Below are positions 42,627-55,074 of a DNA stretch of 64,000 bases, in pieces. The position numbers and the translations under genes were made by a program. The notes beneath the pieces were generated by a model. It had not been told where the DNA came from and made no database searches. It was given only the letters and a program-made list of their open reading frames with translations. How positions within the stretch are numbered: position 1 is the first letter of the stretch; each line of letters opens with the position of its first letter. Source of the DNA: Haliotis rufescens (Eukaryota); the NCBI RefSeq assembly GCF_023055435.1, contig NW_025963879.1, forward strand, positions 10,726,001-10,790,000, read 5' to 3'.

Positions 42627-43188
42627 ATGAGCAACAAAACATTTTCATGTAAAGTTGTTCGAGATAATCAGGGAGCCTTTGGTCATTTCGATTGTGACAT
42701 TGGTGACTTTATCGTGGAGAAAGTTCCAATTCAAGATGACTTCATTCCGATTCACAACTCTAATCGACAAGATGGCGCCTCTCTTCCCGCCCTTGCAAGT
42801 GCAACAGAAACTTTGACAAATTCAGTGCCGAATCTTGGGATTAGTGAATCAGTGTCACAGCGAGAATATGTATGTTCACACTTCTTTTGTCAACCATGCG
42901 TGACATGGCACAGGCAATCGCAGTTAGGGAATGGTGCGGCCACCATGTTGCAGAAATTCGTCGATTCGAACACATTGTTTCTGGACTGAGCTAAATAAAC
43001 GAAGTGTTTGGACATGTTGGAGAGATCGTAGATACTTGGACTTGAAGAAACGGATTTATACGTTGCAGCAAATGAAGGATTGGTGTGGACAAAACGGGAA
43101 AGGGATCCCAGATTGTATTTTAAAACTTGTGCGCGAAGTGTATCCAAATACCCCGAACAAAAAATACATGGGACAAGTGTGGATCTAA
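42627..43188 (+). pseudogene. Frameshifted ORF C encoding a Cys-rich protein with a P2X7-intracellular (ballast)-like C-terminus
   Basis: ORF 42579..42989 (ATG at 42627; ...CSHFFCQPCVT...) joins by one frameshift near 42935 to ORF 42931..43188 (...FWTELNKR..WRDRRYL..IPDCILKLVREVYPNTPNKKYMG). The tail resembles the P2X7 motif LPSCCRWRIRKEFP....YSG. ATTAAA follows at about 43244. Confidence 0.6.
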
Positions 43189-43279
43189 TGATCAAACTCA
43201 GTTTTGTGTGTGAAAATTCTGTGAAAGAAAAGGAAATTCATAATTAAAGTTGTCTTGGAATATGTGTATTGGAGTTTTC

Positions 43280-43720
43280 ATTTATCGTAAGTACAATATT
43301 ATCCGGTTACGCCTTCTGTAGGCCAAAACATCAAGTATATTCAGTTACTTATTTACCAGTTGCTTATGTGCATTGTTATGTTGATACACGTAACATATTC
43401 ATCTATTGTAGTCAAGCTTAGAAATATTGGCGCAACTTCTGGTGCTTCAAATTAGGCCCCTTCCTAAACACTAGTTGAAAAATCTCTGTAATAATTTACG
43501 TTTTATGAATATAAACTGATTATTGTGTGGCACAAATCTAACTGTTGAATGCAAATGACCAAAACTAAACAAATATCTGTAATTTTCGGATTGAACTGAA
43601 AGAATCGCGCCGTCAATTTCGTATTTAAGTATCGTTACTGTTACATTAACTGAAACTGATGTTCTGCTGCTGTTCTGCCGTAAAAATATACAACACAATA
43701 CACTTTGACCACAAATGCAT
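43280..43720 (-). pseudogene. Degenerate ORF remnant B of the island, unknown product
   Basis: Downstream of a GC motif and CTATAAATAG (TATA at 43765). ATG segment MHLWSKCIVLYIFTA, ORF 43471..43698, and a broken tail (ICYVYQHNNAHKQLVNK*LNILDVLAYRRRNRIILYLR*) converging on ORF C. Confidence 0.3.
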
Positions 43721-43854
43721 TAAATGTGCCACATGTACACATGACCATGTGCTTTGCTATTTATAGCGCAAACGTAAATAAGCTCCGCCCACTGTGATCG
43801 ATGCAGACGCCAAACACGATCGATTCGATTTTTTAGGATAAAACTACAGAAAAT

Positions 43855-44007
43855 TTATTGACTTGTATCTTTATATGGAGCCATTTGTTGTATCCATGGT
43901 TTGTCATTCAAGTTGATACGAGGTTTGACTGTCAATGGTGATCTTGTTCCCGTATGGTTTTCAAAAAACGTCTCCCGACACTCGGTTGTGTTTACATTGT
44001 CAGTCAT
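43855..44007 (-). CDS. Putative 50-aa micro-ORF A: MTDNVNTTECRETFFENHTGTRSPLTVKPRINLNDKPWIQQMAPYKDTSQ
   Basis: TATAAATA starts at 44048, exactly 30 nt before the A of TCAGTT (44018); ATG follows 11 nt later; the TAA stop is embedded in AATAAA (43859-43854). Too short to appear in the ORF track. Confidence 0.4.
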   Translation of the reverse strand: MTDNVNTTECRETFFENHTGTRSPLTVKPRINLNDKPWIQQMAPYKDTSQ

Positions 44008-44119
44008 TGTTCGAAACTGAAACACCGCCACCTTGCGGGCTATTTATAGTCAGGGTGGGGCTTTAAGCATATACGTTATCTACATAGGGCAACAACATGT
44101 AATCTGTGACCCATGAACT

Positions 44120-46225
44120 CAAATACGGCCTACTGTTACAGCACCACAGCATGTCTGACACACAAATACAGCCCAGCATGTCTAGATCCACAAATACAGC
44201 CCAGCATGTCTCACCCACAAATACAGCCCAGCATGTCTAGGCCCACAAATACAGCCCAGCATGTCTAGACCCTCAAATACAGCCCAGCATGTCTAGGCCC
44301 ACAAATACAACCCAGCATGTCTAGATTCACAAATACAGCCCAGCATGTCTAGATCCACAAATACAGCCCAGCATGTCTCACCCACAAATACAGCCCAGCG
44401 TGTCTAGACCCACAAATACAGCCCAGCATGTCTAGATTCACAAATACAGCCCAGCATGTCTAGACCCTCAAATACAGCCCAGCATGTCTAGACCCTCAAA
44501 TACAGCCCAGCATGTCTAGATTCACAAATACAGCCCAGCATGTCTAGATTCACAAATACAGCCCAGCATGTATAGATTCACAAATACAGCCCAGCATGTC
44601 TAGACCCACAAATACAGCCCAGCATGTCTAGACCCACAAATACAGCCCAGCATGTCTAGATTCACAAATACAGCCCAGCATGTCTAGATCCACAAATACA
44701 GCCCAGCATGTCTAGACCCACAAATACAGCATAGCATGTCTAGACCCACAAATACAGCCCAGCATGTCTAGATCCACAAATACAGCCCAGCATGTCTAGA
44801 TCCACAAATACAGCCCAGCATGTCTAGACCCACAAATACAGCATAGCATGTCTAGACCCACAAATACAGCATAGCATGTCTAGACCCACAAATACAGCCC
44901 AGCATGTCTAGACCCACAAATACAGCCCAGCATGTCTAGACCCACAAATACAGCCCAGCATGTCTAGACCCACAAATACAGCCCAGCATGTCTAGATCCA
45001 CAAATACAGCCCAGCATGTCTAGACCCACAAATACAGCATAGCATGTCTAGACCCACAAATACAGCCCAGCATGTCTAGATCCACAAATACAGCCCAGCA
45101 TGTCTAGATTCACAAATACAGCCCAGCATGTCTAGACCCACAAATACAGCCCAGCATGTCTAGACCCACAAATACAGCCCAGCATGTCTAGACCCACAAA
45201 TACAGCCCAGCATGTCTAGATTCACAAATACAGCCCAGCATGTCTAGACCCACAAATACAGCATAGCATGTCTAGACCCTCAAATACAGCCCAGCATGTC
45301 TAGACCCACAAATACAGCCCAGCATGTCTAGATTCACAAATACAGCCCAGCATGTCTAGACCCACAAATACAGCATAGCATGTCTAGACCCACAAATACA
45401 GCCCAGCATGTCTAGACCCTCAAATACAGCCCAGCATGTCTAGATTCACAAATACAGCCCAGCATGTCTAGATTCACAAATACAGCCCAGCATGTCTAGA
45501 TCCACAAATACAGCCCAGCATGTCTAGATTCACAAATACAGCCCAGCATGTCTAGATTCACAAATACAGCCCAGCATGTCTAGACCCACAAATACAGCCC
45601 AGCATTTCTAGATCCACAAATACAGCCCACTGTTACAGCAGCACACCACCACAGCATGTCTAGACCCACAAATACAGCCCAGCATGTCTAGACCCTCAAA
45701 TACAGCCATGCATGTCTAGACCCACAAATACAGCATAGCATGTCTAGACCCACAAATACAGCCCAGCATGTCTAGATCCACAAATACAGCCCAGCATGTC
45801 TAGACCCACAAATACAGCCCAGCATGTCTAGACCCACAAATACAGCCCAGCATGTCTAGACCCACAAATACAGCCCAGCATGTCTAGACCCACAAATACA
45901 GCCCAGCATGTCTAGACCCACAAATACAGCCCAGCATGTCTAGACCCACAAATACAGCCCAGCATGTCTAGATTCACAAATACAGCCCAGCATGTCTAGA
46001 TTCACAAATACAGCCAACTGTTACAGCAGCACACCACCACAGCATGTCTAGACCCATAAATACAGCCCAGGATGTCTAGATCCACAAATACAGCCCAGCA
46101 TGTCTAGACCCACAAATACAGCCCAGCATGTCTCACCCACAAATACAGCCCAGCATTTCTAGATCCACAAATACAGCCCACTGTTACAGCAGCACACCAC
46201 CACAGCATGTCTAGACCAACAAATG
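44120..46225. repeat. Minisatellite, 28-bp unit, about 73 copies
   Basis: Unit cacaaatacagcccagcatgtctaga(cc/tt/tc); recurrent insert actgttacagcagcacaccaccac. Confidence 0.98.
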
Positions 46226-47350
46226 ACCTACAAAACTACTAAATACAAGGCTAGAAGGACAGGAGTTATCTTAATTGCCCCAATTATCATTATTCTACAA
46301 AACAAGGTTGACATTAGCATACAAAATCTAGTTGAATGACAACAAATTCATACAAAGAGGCAAAAAAGGTGCAGAGCTGGCAGAGAGACAAGCAAGGGCC
46401 ATTTCATCAAACTAGCAATTTCTCTCCTGAGATTTTGCAGACATGATTATAGTTTTAAGAAATTTATTCAGTGCACTGAATACACTGGGGAATGTTCAAT
46501 GATGATGTGTTTTCGTGTGAAAAATGCTATTTTGAAAGTGGCTGGACTGGAGGGCTGACTTTAGAGTTGTGTTGAATAGACCCAGTAGTATTGCCAGTTG
46601 CTTGCACAGAGAAAGATGCAGCAAGTGCAGGTTGTGTCATAGCATTCCCTTGATGTTCTCAACCTCTCACGCTGCAGCAACCTCCTCGACAGGCATCATG
46701 TCTACACAAACGCATCTACTGGTTACATTTCAATTCCTGTTGGAAATTAACATAATACCATGAACACTGAAAATGAGACATTACAACATGATATATGAAA
46801 GCTGTTAATTTTTTTAACATATTCTGAACCTAAATCTTTCACCCAGGGAAATGCAAGTTTGTAACATGGCCACAGTGATTTCAGACAAACTGGATTACGT
46901 TTGTTTTTGTGTAACTTATGAAGGAAACACACAACTTATGAGCAGGATATCCATAGCAGAAAATAAATACACATGTTTTCTTATTACAAGTACTTCCTTT
47001 AGGGCCAATTAGATAGAAAAAAAGTAGAAGCCAGGACCCCTGATGATAGCAGGCAACAACCAGGCAAAGTGTTGACGTTGCTTTGATAATTACTGCAATT
47101 CATTTGAAACAAGGATACATTTTTTGGTGGTGACGTAATGTTTGTAAACAATAATCATTCTAAAAACCCTGCCCAGAAAATCTGACAATTTACTCTCCAC
47201 ACAGTCCATTAATACAACAAAATATCCTCTGAAAATACACATTTGACAAAACAAGCAACTGTACAGATTCGATGTTTTAAAAGCAGCCATCTCCTCTCTG
47301 TCAGACAGAAGGCCTTCATGTGAACACTGAAATTAGGTCATTGGATTTCT

Positions 47351-47843
47351 ATGGCACCTGGTCTGTTGTGTGTCACAAACTACCTGACCCTGTCCTAGTC
47401 ACTGGATGGCACCTGGTCTGTTGTGTGTCACAAACTACCTGACCCTGTCCTAGTCACTGGATGGCACCTGGTCTGTTGTGTGTCACAAACTACCTGACCC
47501 TGCCCTAGTCACTGGATGGCACCTGGTCTGTTGTGTGTCACAAACTACCTGACCCTGTCCTAGTCACTGGATGGCACCTGGTCTGTTGTGTGTCACAAAC
47601 TACCTGACCCTGTCCTAGTGACTGGATGGCACCTGGTCTGTTGTGTGTCACAAACTACCTGATCCTGCCCTCGTCACTCGATGGCACCTGGTCTGTTGTG
47701 TGTAACAAACTACCTGACCCTGTCCTAGTCACTGGATGGCACCTGGTCTGTTGTGTGTCACAAACTACATGACCCTGTCCTAGTCACTGGATGGCACCTG
47801 GTCTGTTGTGTGTCACAAACTACCTGACCCTGTCCTAGTCACT
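47351..47843. repeat. Minisatellite, 55-bp unit, 9 copies
   Basis: Unit atggcacctggtctgttgtgtgtcacaaactacctgaccctgtcctagtcactgg. Confidence 0.98.
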
Positions 47844-48002
47844 CTTACAGCTGCAAGTTCAAAAGACATACATGTATTCTTGAGCAGAAGATCAAATGGT
47901 CTTCCAGTTCCATGATTTTTGATAAACTTGTGTAAATGAATGTTGTTTTATGTCAAACTTAACATTATGTCAGCTAAATGATGAAAGGGCCTGTAAATAA
48001 TT

Positions 48003-48373
48003 GAGTCAGATTCAGTGACTTGTTTGATTGTGTGGTCCGACTCAGTGACTTGTTTGACTGTGCCATTCGACTCAGTGACTTGTTGGATTGTGTGGTCAGA
48101 TTGAGTGACCTGTTGGAATGTGTGGTCAGACTGAGTGACTTGTTGGAATGTGTTGTCAGACTGAGTGACTTGTTGGAATGTGTTGTCAGACTGAGTGACT
48201 TGTTGGAATGTGTTGTCAGACTCAGTGACTTGTTGGAATGTGTTGTCAGACTCAGTGACCTGTTGGAATGTGTTGTCAGACTGAGTGACTTGTTGGATTG
48301 TGTGGTCAGACTGAGTGACTTGTTGGATTGTGTGGTCAGACTGAGTGACTTGTTGGATTGTGTGTTCAGACTG
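48003..48373. repeat. Minisatellite, 30-bp unit, about 12 copies
   Basis: Unit gtcagactgagtgacttgttggaatgtgtt; 10-aa periodic ORF. Confidence 0.97.
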
Positions 48374-49904
48374 ATGTCAAACTTTGCTCATAACTTCTAA
48401 TAAATAATAATCAATGGCCTCCTGGTACAACCTCAACTATTTCCAGGCCACCAGGACCCATACTGGTAACAGTAACTACATAAAACTACATTCACTCACT
48501 CACTGACTTTATTACTGAAGTGAAACAATAAGTATCCTAAGAGAATTTACAAAGTCAGTGAGTAATTATTGTAAGTCTCAGCAATATCATACCCATATCA
48601 GTCTGGAAGCAATAGACAAGTGCCCACATGAGTGAGTCCCCATGCATGTCACCACAGGATCATTATGGGAGATACACTCCACTGTTTATCATATCTACAG
48701 ACACAGTTTTCAGGTGTAGTAAATGTGACCCAAACACATAATGAACATTAATTGATTATAAAGACAACAGAAAATGCATGATAAATTGCTTATATGACTG
48801 CTCTCCATCAAATGAAACCATAAAGACACACTTCAAGTGCAATAAACTACTTCCATTATAACTACTTTTAGAAATATACACCTTCCACTAATGTTAACCA
48901 TGCAAGCAGCCATTATTCAGTATACATGCATAATCTCCATCACAAAGAAATGAGAAATGCTGCCTGCAACATAATTTGATTGTAAACACTGTACTTGCAG
49001 GATAAAAACTTAACACTCGTCAGGTGTGAAAACATGATACCATTAATCAACCTTTTTCCGCTGTTTACCCCGGAGATCCTGTCAGAAATGGGTCTGCACT
49101 TTCATTGCCAGCAACCCCCAAAGGACCTTGTATCCTAACAAGGAGCACTTCCTTCCTCCGTTTTTCTGCCAGTGACATTAGCACACTCCTGTGACCTTTT
49201 CAATCCAGTATTATGACTGTTTGAACCGTTGTTGGGCCTGAGTCTTGTAGGACAATTACCTGCCTCATCTGTTTCTGACACGTTTCATTTGACCAACCTG
49301 AGGGCAACATGTTTTTGTTGCCTTTGATGCCAATTCTGGCTACATGAGCATGCAGTCAGTAGACTACATACATGCCATCCAAGATTGCTGGTCAGACAAT
49401 ATTGCTGGGTTCTTTCACCCATAAACTGATTGGAAATAAAGTGTGTTTTAGCAAAAACTTTGTCATGAATCCTTTGAACGTCTTTTGATTGGGGCTGACA
49501 TTTGCCTTCAGGTCAAAGAAGAATTGGAAGTATTTCAAATATTGTCAATGGGAGATCAAAGATCATGACTCCTCATCACACGGTGTCTTAGTCACAATCT
49601 ACTTAGTCAACAGGCATTACTGCAGAGGGAAGTAACAAGAAGGCATTGATGGAGTTCTACAAGACATATGATCAGGTAAATTGCAAAGTATACCTCCCTG
49701 ACATAACACATTATCACCTTGAGAGATTATCGATGTAGTATGTGATAGTTATACCACTGTCAGTCAAGTCCTATTCGTGAAAGATGTCAATGTCCGAATG
49801 AAAAATATAAACATCACTCCGTCCACAGAAAGTTTGAAGAACAATTTGAAACCTTTTACAAGTTACATCAGAAACATTCAACCATGTTGACTAGTTTCAA
49901 ACAT

Positions 49905-50216
49905 AACAAGAGTCATCAGGATATGACATATTCCCCAGGTCTGGTGCAATTCAGAAATGGAGTTTGGCTACTTATACCACACTTTTGCTTCATTGCCGTT
50001 GGATACCTTCAGTTCAATGAAGAAAAAAATAATGCTGTTCAGTATTTTTCAAAATCATCAAAAGGTACCAGTTCACCACTAGACTGATCTATATACAAGT
50101 TTCAATGGTTGTGGAATTTTGCTCTGGAAACAGAAAACAGAAGTCTGACAGACAGACGGACATGGTGATCTCTATCACGTCTATATCTCCCCCGGTTTTC
50201 AACCCGGATGTATAAT
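49905..50216 (+). mobile_element. Short, old HINE-like element without an expanded array
   Basis: Same layout as 40878-41866: aacaag, palindrome gtcat..atgac, atattcccc; (gaca)n/gacgga; 3' tatatctcccccgg...ccgg stem-loop remnant. Confidence 0.6.
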
Positions 50217-50417
50217 AATTGAATTGACAATTACTTTCTGCCAACTACTCTCCTGTCTGAGGCCTAAAATTACTGGTTCTGATCACTATATACTGTCATC
50301 TGTGTGGTGAATGTGTGTAGTTGTACTGGTTGACGATGAGACATGCCTTATATACAATCATGTTCAGAGAATTGACTAATGCGTCTTCACTAGTGATGAA
50401 TTGCAGCCATATCTCAC

Positions 50418-50500
50418 CTGGAAGAAGACTGATGCCTTGTGTCCGTTGAGTCTGTTGATTTTGATTATATGGGTGCCATTGCTCACGTATAGGAAATTAC
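50418..50500 (-). CDS. Coding exon 2: (G)NFLYVSNGTHIIKINRLNGHKASVFFQ, start of the beta-propeller
   Basis: Pyrimidine tract plus tttcAG acceptor at 50502-50501; GTGAG donor at 50417-50413; 83 nt, phase 1 to phase 0. The peptide fits the segment that precedes the first YWTD repeat in LRP propellers. Confidence 0.85.
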
Positions 50501-52930
50501 CTGAAACAGGAAAAGAAACAGTTTACAAAACTTCTATACTCCCATGAACAATGTAATTTTCTGAACAGTTTATGACCAACAGAAATCAGGAAAAGACAAA
50601 ACAACTACCGGTCATAAGGATCCATAACCATAGCACTAGGAAATAAGACCATGTATATACGTTTGAAATGTTGTGCCCGCTGATATAGCTCCACACCTTC
50701 TGTCTGAACAGCATACCTAATCCATATAAATAAAGACAGTCATTAATTAATAAAATCCTACATCTTTTAAAAAGAAAATCTGTCCAATTCAGCAACATGG
50801 GTTAAAAACATTTAAATTTTTTTAAATGGTAAGAATCATGTTTCAATGGCCATTTCAATGGGTAAATATCATATACAGATGCTTTTTAGAAGAAGCATCT
50901 CTTCAAAGTTTTAAATGATCCATTTGAGGTGGTTTTCTGTGGGGAGCCCATTCTTACATGTCAGTACAACAATGATACATGGATGTCATCTATCCAGCCA
51001 CTCAGCTCAGCAATGAAGTAGCCTCCCTAACTCAAGTAGCCACATTGTCTTTTGACATGATGTTAACAGCAGTGTCATGTACATTTCACCTATCCACCAA
51101 GCCCAGTGTTACAAACATGGGCCAATTGCTCTGACTGGACTCACCAGTGTGATTACCTCATTATTTACTACTTACGCCAATAGCTGGGCAAGTCCCTGGC
51201 CGCAGATCAGCTTACCTCTACCCAGATCCACCATAAACCCAATTGACATCCCTAGTTTACAAATAAACCTGTCAGACTGTCCCTGCTAAGTATATCAACA
51301 ACATTGGCCATTGGTCAATTTCATCTTCATGCATCATGTATGATGCGATCTAACAACACAGGTGTCTAGACCCACTGAGTTAGACAATACTGATCCTATT
51401 GGTAGCCATGGCGAATCCTGTCTAATGCGACACTACATGTAACTTGAATGAAAGATCAGACTCAGACAAGATTCAGATTGAACTGCAGGAAGAACTGACC
51501 CCTGTCCAGTAACTCTATTTGGGAAGTCAAATGTATTTATAATATATAAATTGAAACAGCTGGAAGACTGTTTTCACTAATAATGGAAAAGTGGTACATG
51601 TATTCACAAGAGCCCAGTTCCACAAAGAATATCACTAAGAACTTAGCTTAGCGTAACTCCCAGATTTTGACATGCACCTACAACAATCGTAGGAATCAGG
51701 TTAGCCTTGCTCCAAGGCTATAATGAAAGATAAGTCCATGGATGTGTTGTAATTCTATCCTCATAACCATGATAACAGGCAAGTCTAGATAAGGGGACAG
51801 TCTAAGGATGCTAGTATAAGGATAACTTGTTCTTATTATTTATATAATCTAGTAATTATGATTTAAACTAATAAGTATTGCCTTATATATTTGAGTAAGT
51901 CTACATTCAGGGGCTCACTCCACAAAGAAGTCTCAGTGCTACTATTGTAGTAGACTAACATCTAGTCTCTGAAATGAACATATCATACAGAAAAAAACAG
52001 TTGTTCAGTTATCTTCATAAAAATATAATAAAAGGGAACCCAGTGACTCTCTTCATTTACTGCAGTAATCTAGACTTGCCAAACATTATAGGCTTGCATG
52101 GGCTCTATTTGATAAATATTTGTATCAGGGTCTGTAAGACAGACTACTATTGTAGTTATGATAGTCAAAGAACTAAGATATCTTTTTGGAAAGGAGCCAA
52201 GACCTTATTTTTCAACATCACACTGGTTACCAGGACTTGCAGTATGTTTGATGACCAGCGTCCAGAAACTAATCGGTTTCAGTAAGTTTGTGAAAGTGCT
52301 TCTAACTGAGGAAGATTCTTGTTTCAGGACTGCTTCTTAGTGTTATAATTTCTCCTCAACCCCACTGACCCTAACATTCACTGCTACCTGCAACAAATCA
52401 TTCCACTCGGTCTGGCTGATGGAAACCCTGCACTGACATTCCAAGTGAATTATTGGCTGTTTACACAGTAATTTCAGACACCACATACAGAGCTGTGGGT
52501 TTATTGGAAGTATTAGATAAACATCCTCTGTGATGGATACAGTGTATACTTGTGTTTCTGATGATGATGCACACACATCAGCATAATTGCCTCTCATTCA
52601 CCTGTCAATCAAACACATTGTGGCATAATTGGTTGTCTGAATAAGTATTTCATTACAGGATTCTAGATTATGACACAACACTGACGCAATGACGCTCACA
52701 TTAATCATCTGAATTGATTGTTCTGAACTGCTATCAAGTTGCACATCCAATATTGTCTTCATTGATTTGGTTGTTTAAACTAATCAAAATAAACATATAC
52801 TGAATATAACTTAACTAATGCCTGTAATCTAAAAGAGAAATAGATCTAGTTTCATTTACAGCATTTTACTATTACCCTTTATAAGTCTACTAGTACAGGG
52901 GTATGTATATTTCATTGGCCAGTCTATTGT

Positions 52931-53145
52931 GAATGAGTGAGTGAGTTGGGTTTAATGCCACTTTGATTCAAAGTATTCCAGTACTTCACGGTGTGTCAGC
53001 TTACCGTGGGAGGAAAGCCCCAGGGATACAGGGCTAAGACGTTTACCACTTGGTAAAACACAGGTATGGCGCTAGCAAACTTAGAAACAATCAGGGCCAA
53101 CCAGAATTCGAAGCCACGAACAGGATCAATTAGCTAAAGACCAGA
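52931..53145 (-). mobile_element. Degraded tRNA-derived SINE, family C (V-domain-like)
   Basis: The minus strand shows a B-box-like ggcttcgaattc, a ggctttcctcccac motif, a ...aaagtggcattaaaccc end and a (cact)n tail. Confidence 0.5.
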
Positions 53146-53149
53146 CCCA

Positions 53150-53495
53150 TTTTCTTCTTACAACACATGAAATACCCTAAATACAACTTCTTACAACTTA
53201 TGAAATACCCACGATACTACTTCTTACGACTTGTGAAATACCCACAAGACAACTTCTTACGACTTGTGAAATACCCACAAGACAACTTCTTACAACACAT
53301 GAAATACCCACAAGACAACTTCTAACAACACATGAAATACCTATGATACAGCTTTTTACAACACATGATATACCCAAGATACAACTTCTTACAACTCATG
53401 ACATACCCAAGATACAACTTGTTATATATATATCCAGAATACTACTTCTCAAGATTTGTGACATACCCAAAATACTACTTCGTATGACTTGTCAC
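53150..53495. repeat. Diverged minisatellite, unit of about 32-33 bp, about 10 copies
   Basis: Unit gaaatacccacaagacaacttcttacgacttgt. Confidence 0.9.
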
Positions 53496-53584
53496 ATTTT
53501 CTTTAATCTAATCCATTAAAATGTAGATGTTAACCTCCTGGTCCTATCCTGAGTCCCACCATGGGGTCAGACATTCTCCTGAAG

Positions 53585-53710
53585 GCTTCCATTCATTACT
53601 TCCTCCGGTTCAAAGAGGAACTTCCAGCTACACACAAACAGACGGATGGATAGCCGATGGACAACATATAATACCAGTTCCTCAGGCCTTTTGTCCCGGT
53701 GAGCTAAAAT
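53585..53710 (+). mobile_element. 3' fragment of another HINE-like element
   Basis: cagacggatgga microsatellite remnant followed by a ...ggtgagctaaaa terminus. Confidence 0.4.
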
Positions 53711-55074
53711 GTGCTGAGACTAAATCAAAGTGAAGCAAGTTGTGGAGTGACATGTCTGCCAAAAGGGTAGTGTAGAGATAGACTAATACCAGCACGGCAA
53801 GAACTCAGGTCAAGCAGGCTGGGGATGCAATTCACAAAATAAGCTTTTTCTACCTCTGGCATTTCAAACTGTGACATTGATTAGAATATTGAAAGAGATA
53901 GGAAATTCTTTTTTCAGAAATACAGTAGAGCAGAACTGATGGTTCTCAGATCACTTTAATTTGCCTTGCTGTCAACATTTCAATTTTTGCAAAGCCATAT
54001 GGTTGATGTAGGAACCAATCCTTACAAACACTTGCAACACCCTCCTAACTGGCGGCTTCCAATTCCTTCCTCCACAAATCAGTCTGAAGGAACAGAGGCC
54101 CTGATACAGTATTAAGACTATCAGAAACCAACTATGTTCAACACAAACACCTTACTAAAACACTGCCACTATTGGAAACTGATTCCTATGCAACATATCC
54201 CATAAAAAACTACACCAACAATATCCCCTTGTTAATTTCCCTCCTGCACCATATGGAAGAGGTTTAACGAGCTAAGAGCTGTAAATATTAGCCAAGTAGC
54301 GTGGGATTAATTACCAGGGGCTTCAAAGTAAGTGATACAGAAATGTTCACAAACACAGGCCGAAACAGTGAAGACGCACAGCAAGGTGGTTCCAGCAAGC
54401 CCTGCACGTTATCGGTGGGGGCACAGAGGAGGGGGGGTCGGTCGAGGAGAAAGAGGGTGTGTGAGAGGCAAGCATTGACTCTGGACCACATCCAGAGCCA
54501 CACCCTTCTTTAGTTCCATCACTAATCTTTGTTCATTGGCCAATAGTTCCTATCCAATAAACCTTCATCATTGTTCATTGTCTTGGCTTTTTCAGTTCTT
54601 AATCAAATTTGTTGTATTGAATGTTAACATATGTGTCAAGTAAATTGGGCATAGTAGTGTAGACATGATGAAATAAGCATGGTATGATTATACAAATTAA
54701 GATGTTTTACACATTTACATACCTGGAACTTCAGGGCATTATTAAGTATTACTGTCTTCAGTAATAACATTTACATCTGTTTCCAATAAGGGTTGTGGTC
54801 GGAGTGGACATTAGTTTGTCTGGTCAGGACCTGGATATCTTGGATTCACCCAGTTATGACCTATTTTATTTACAAAATGATCGGAAAATCTGCATCTCCT
54901 CTCTAGACCTTCCCAACAGCAATATTTGTACTCCATGGGGTATATCAATGTTTGTAACTTTCCACTATAACTAGTCAAGTGTCCACAATGACTGCTGCAG
55001 CAAGAGTGATAGTGAGCAGTACAGCATCTCTCAGCTGTCCCGATCGCAAATATTGTCACCTTGTACATAAATCT

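Larger units (their letters stand above)
39863..44062. mobile_element. Unclassified CpG-rich multi-ORF insertion (virus-like or DNA-transposon remnant); boundaries tentative
   Basis: CpG-rich island between two satellites; TTAA|AGCCCCA...TGGGGCT|TTAA ends; perfect 16-bp inverted repeat (39895-39910 / 43778-43793); several short intronless ORF remnants with TATA motifs. Confidence 0.6.

Noticed and set aside
39603-44140. TACTGTTACA as a 10-bp TSD defining the island
   Set aside because: The right copy is part of the neighbouring satellite's recurring insert and no TIRs lie directly inside, so it is probably coincidental. It is kept only as a minor alternative.
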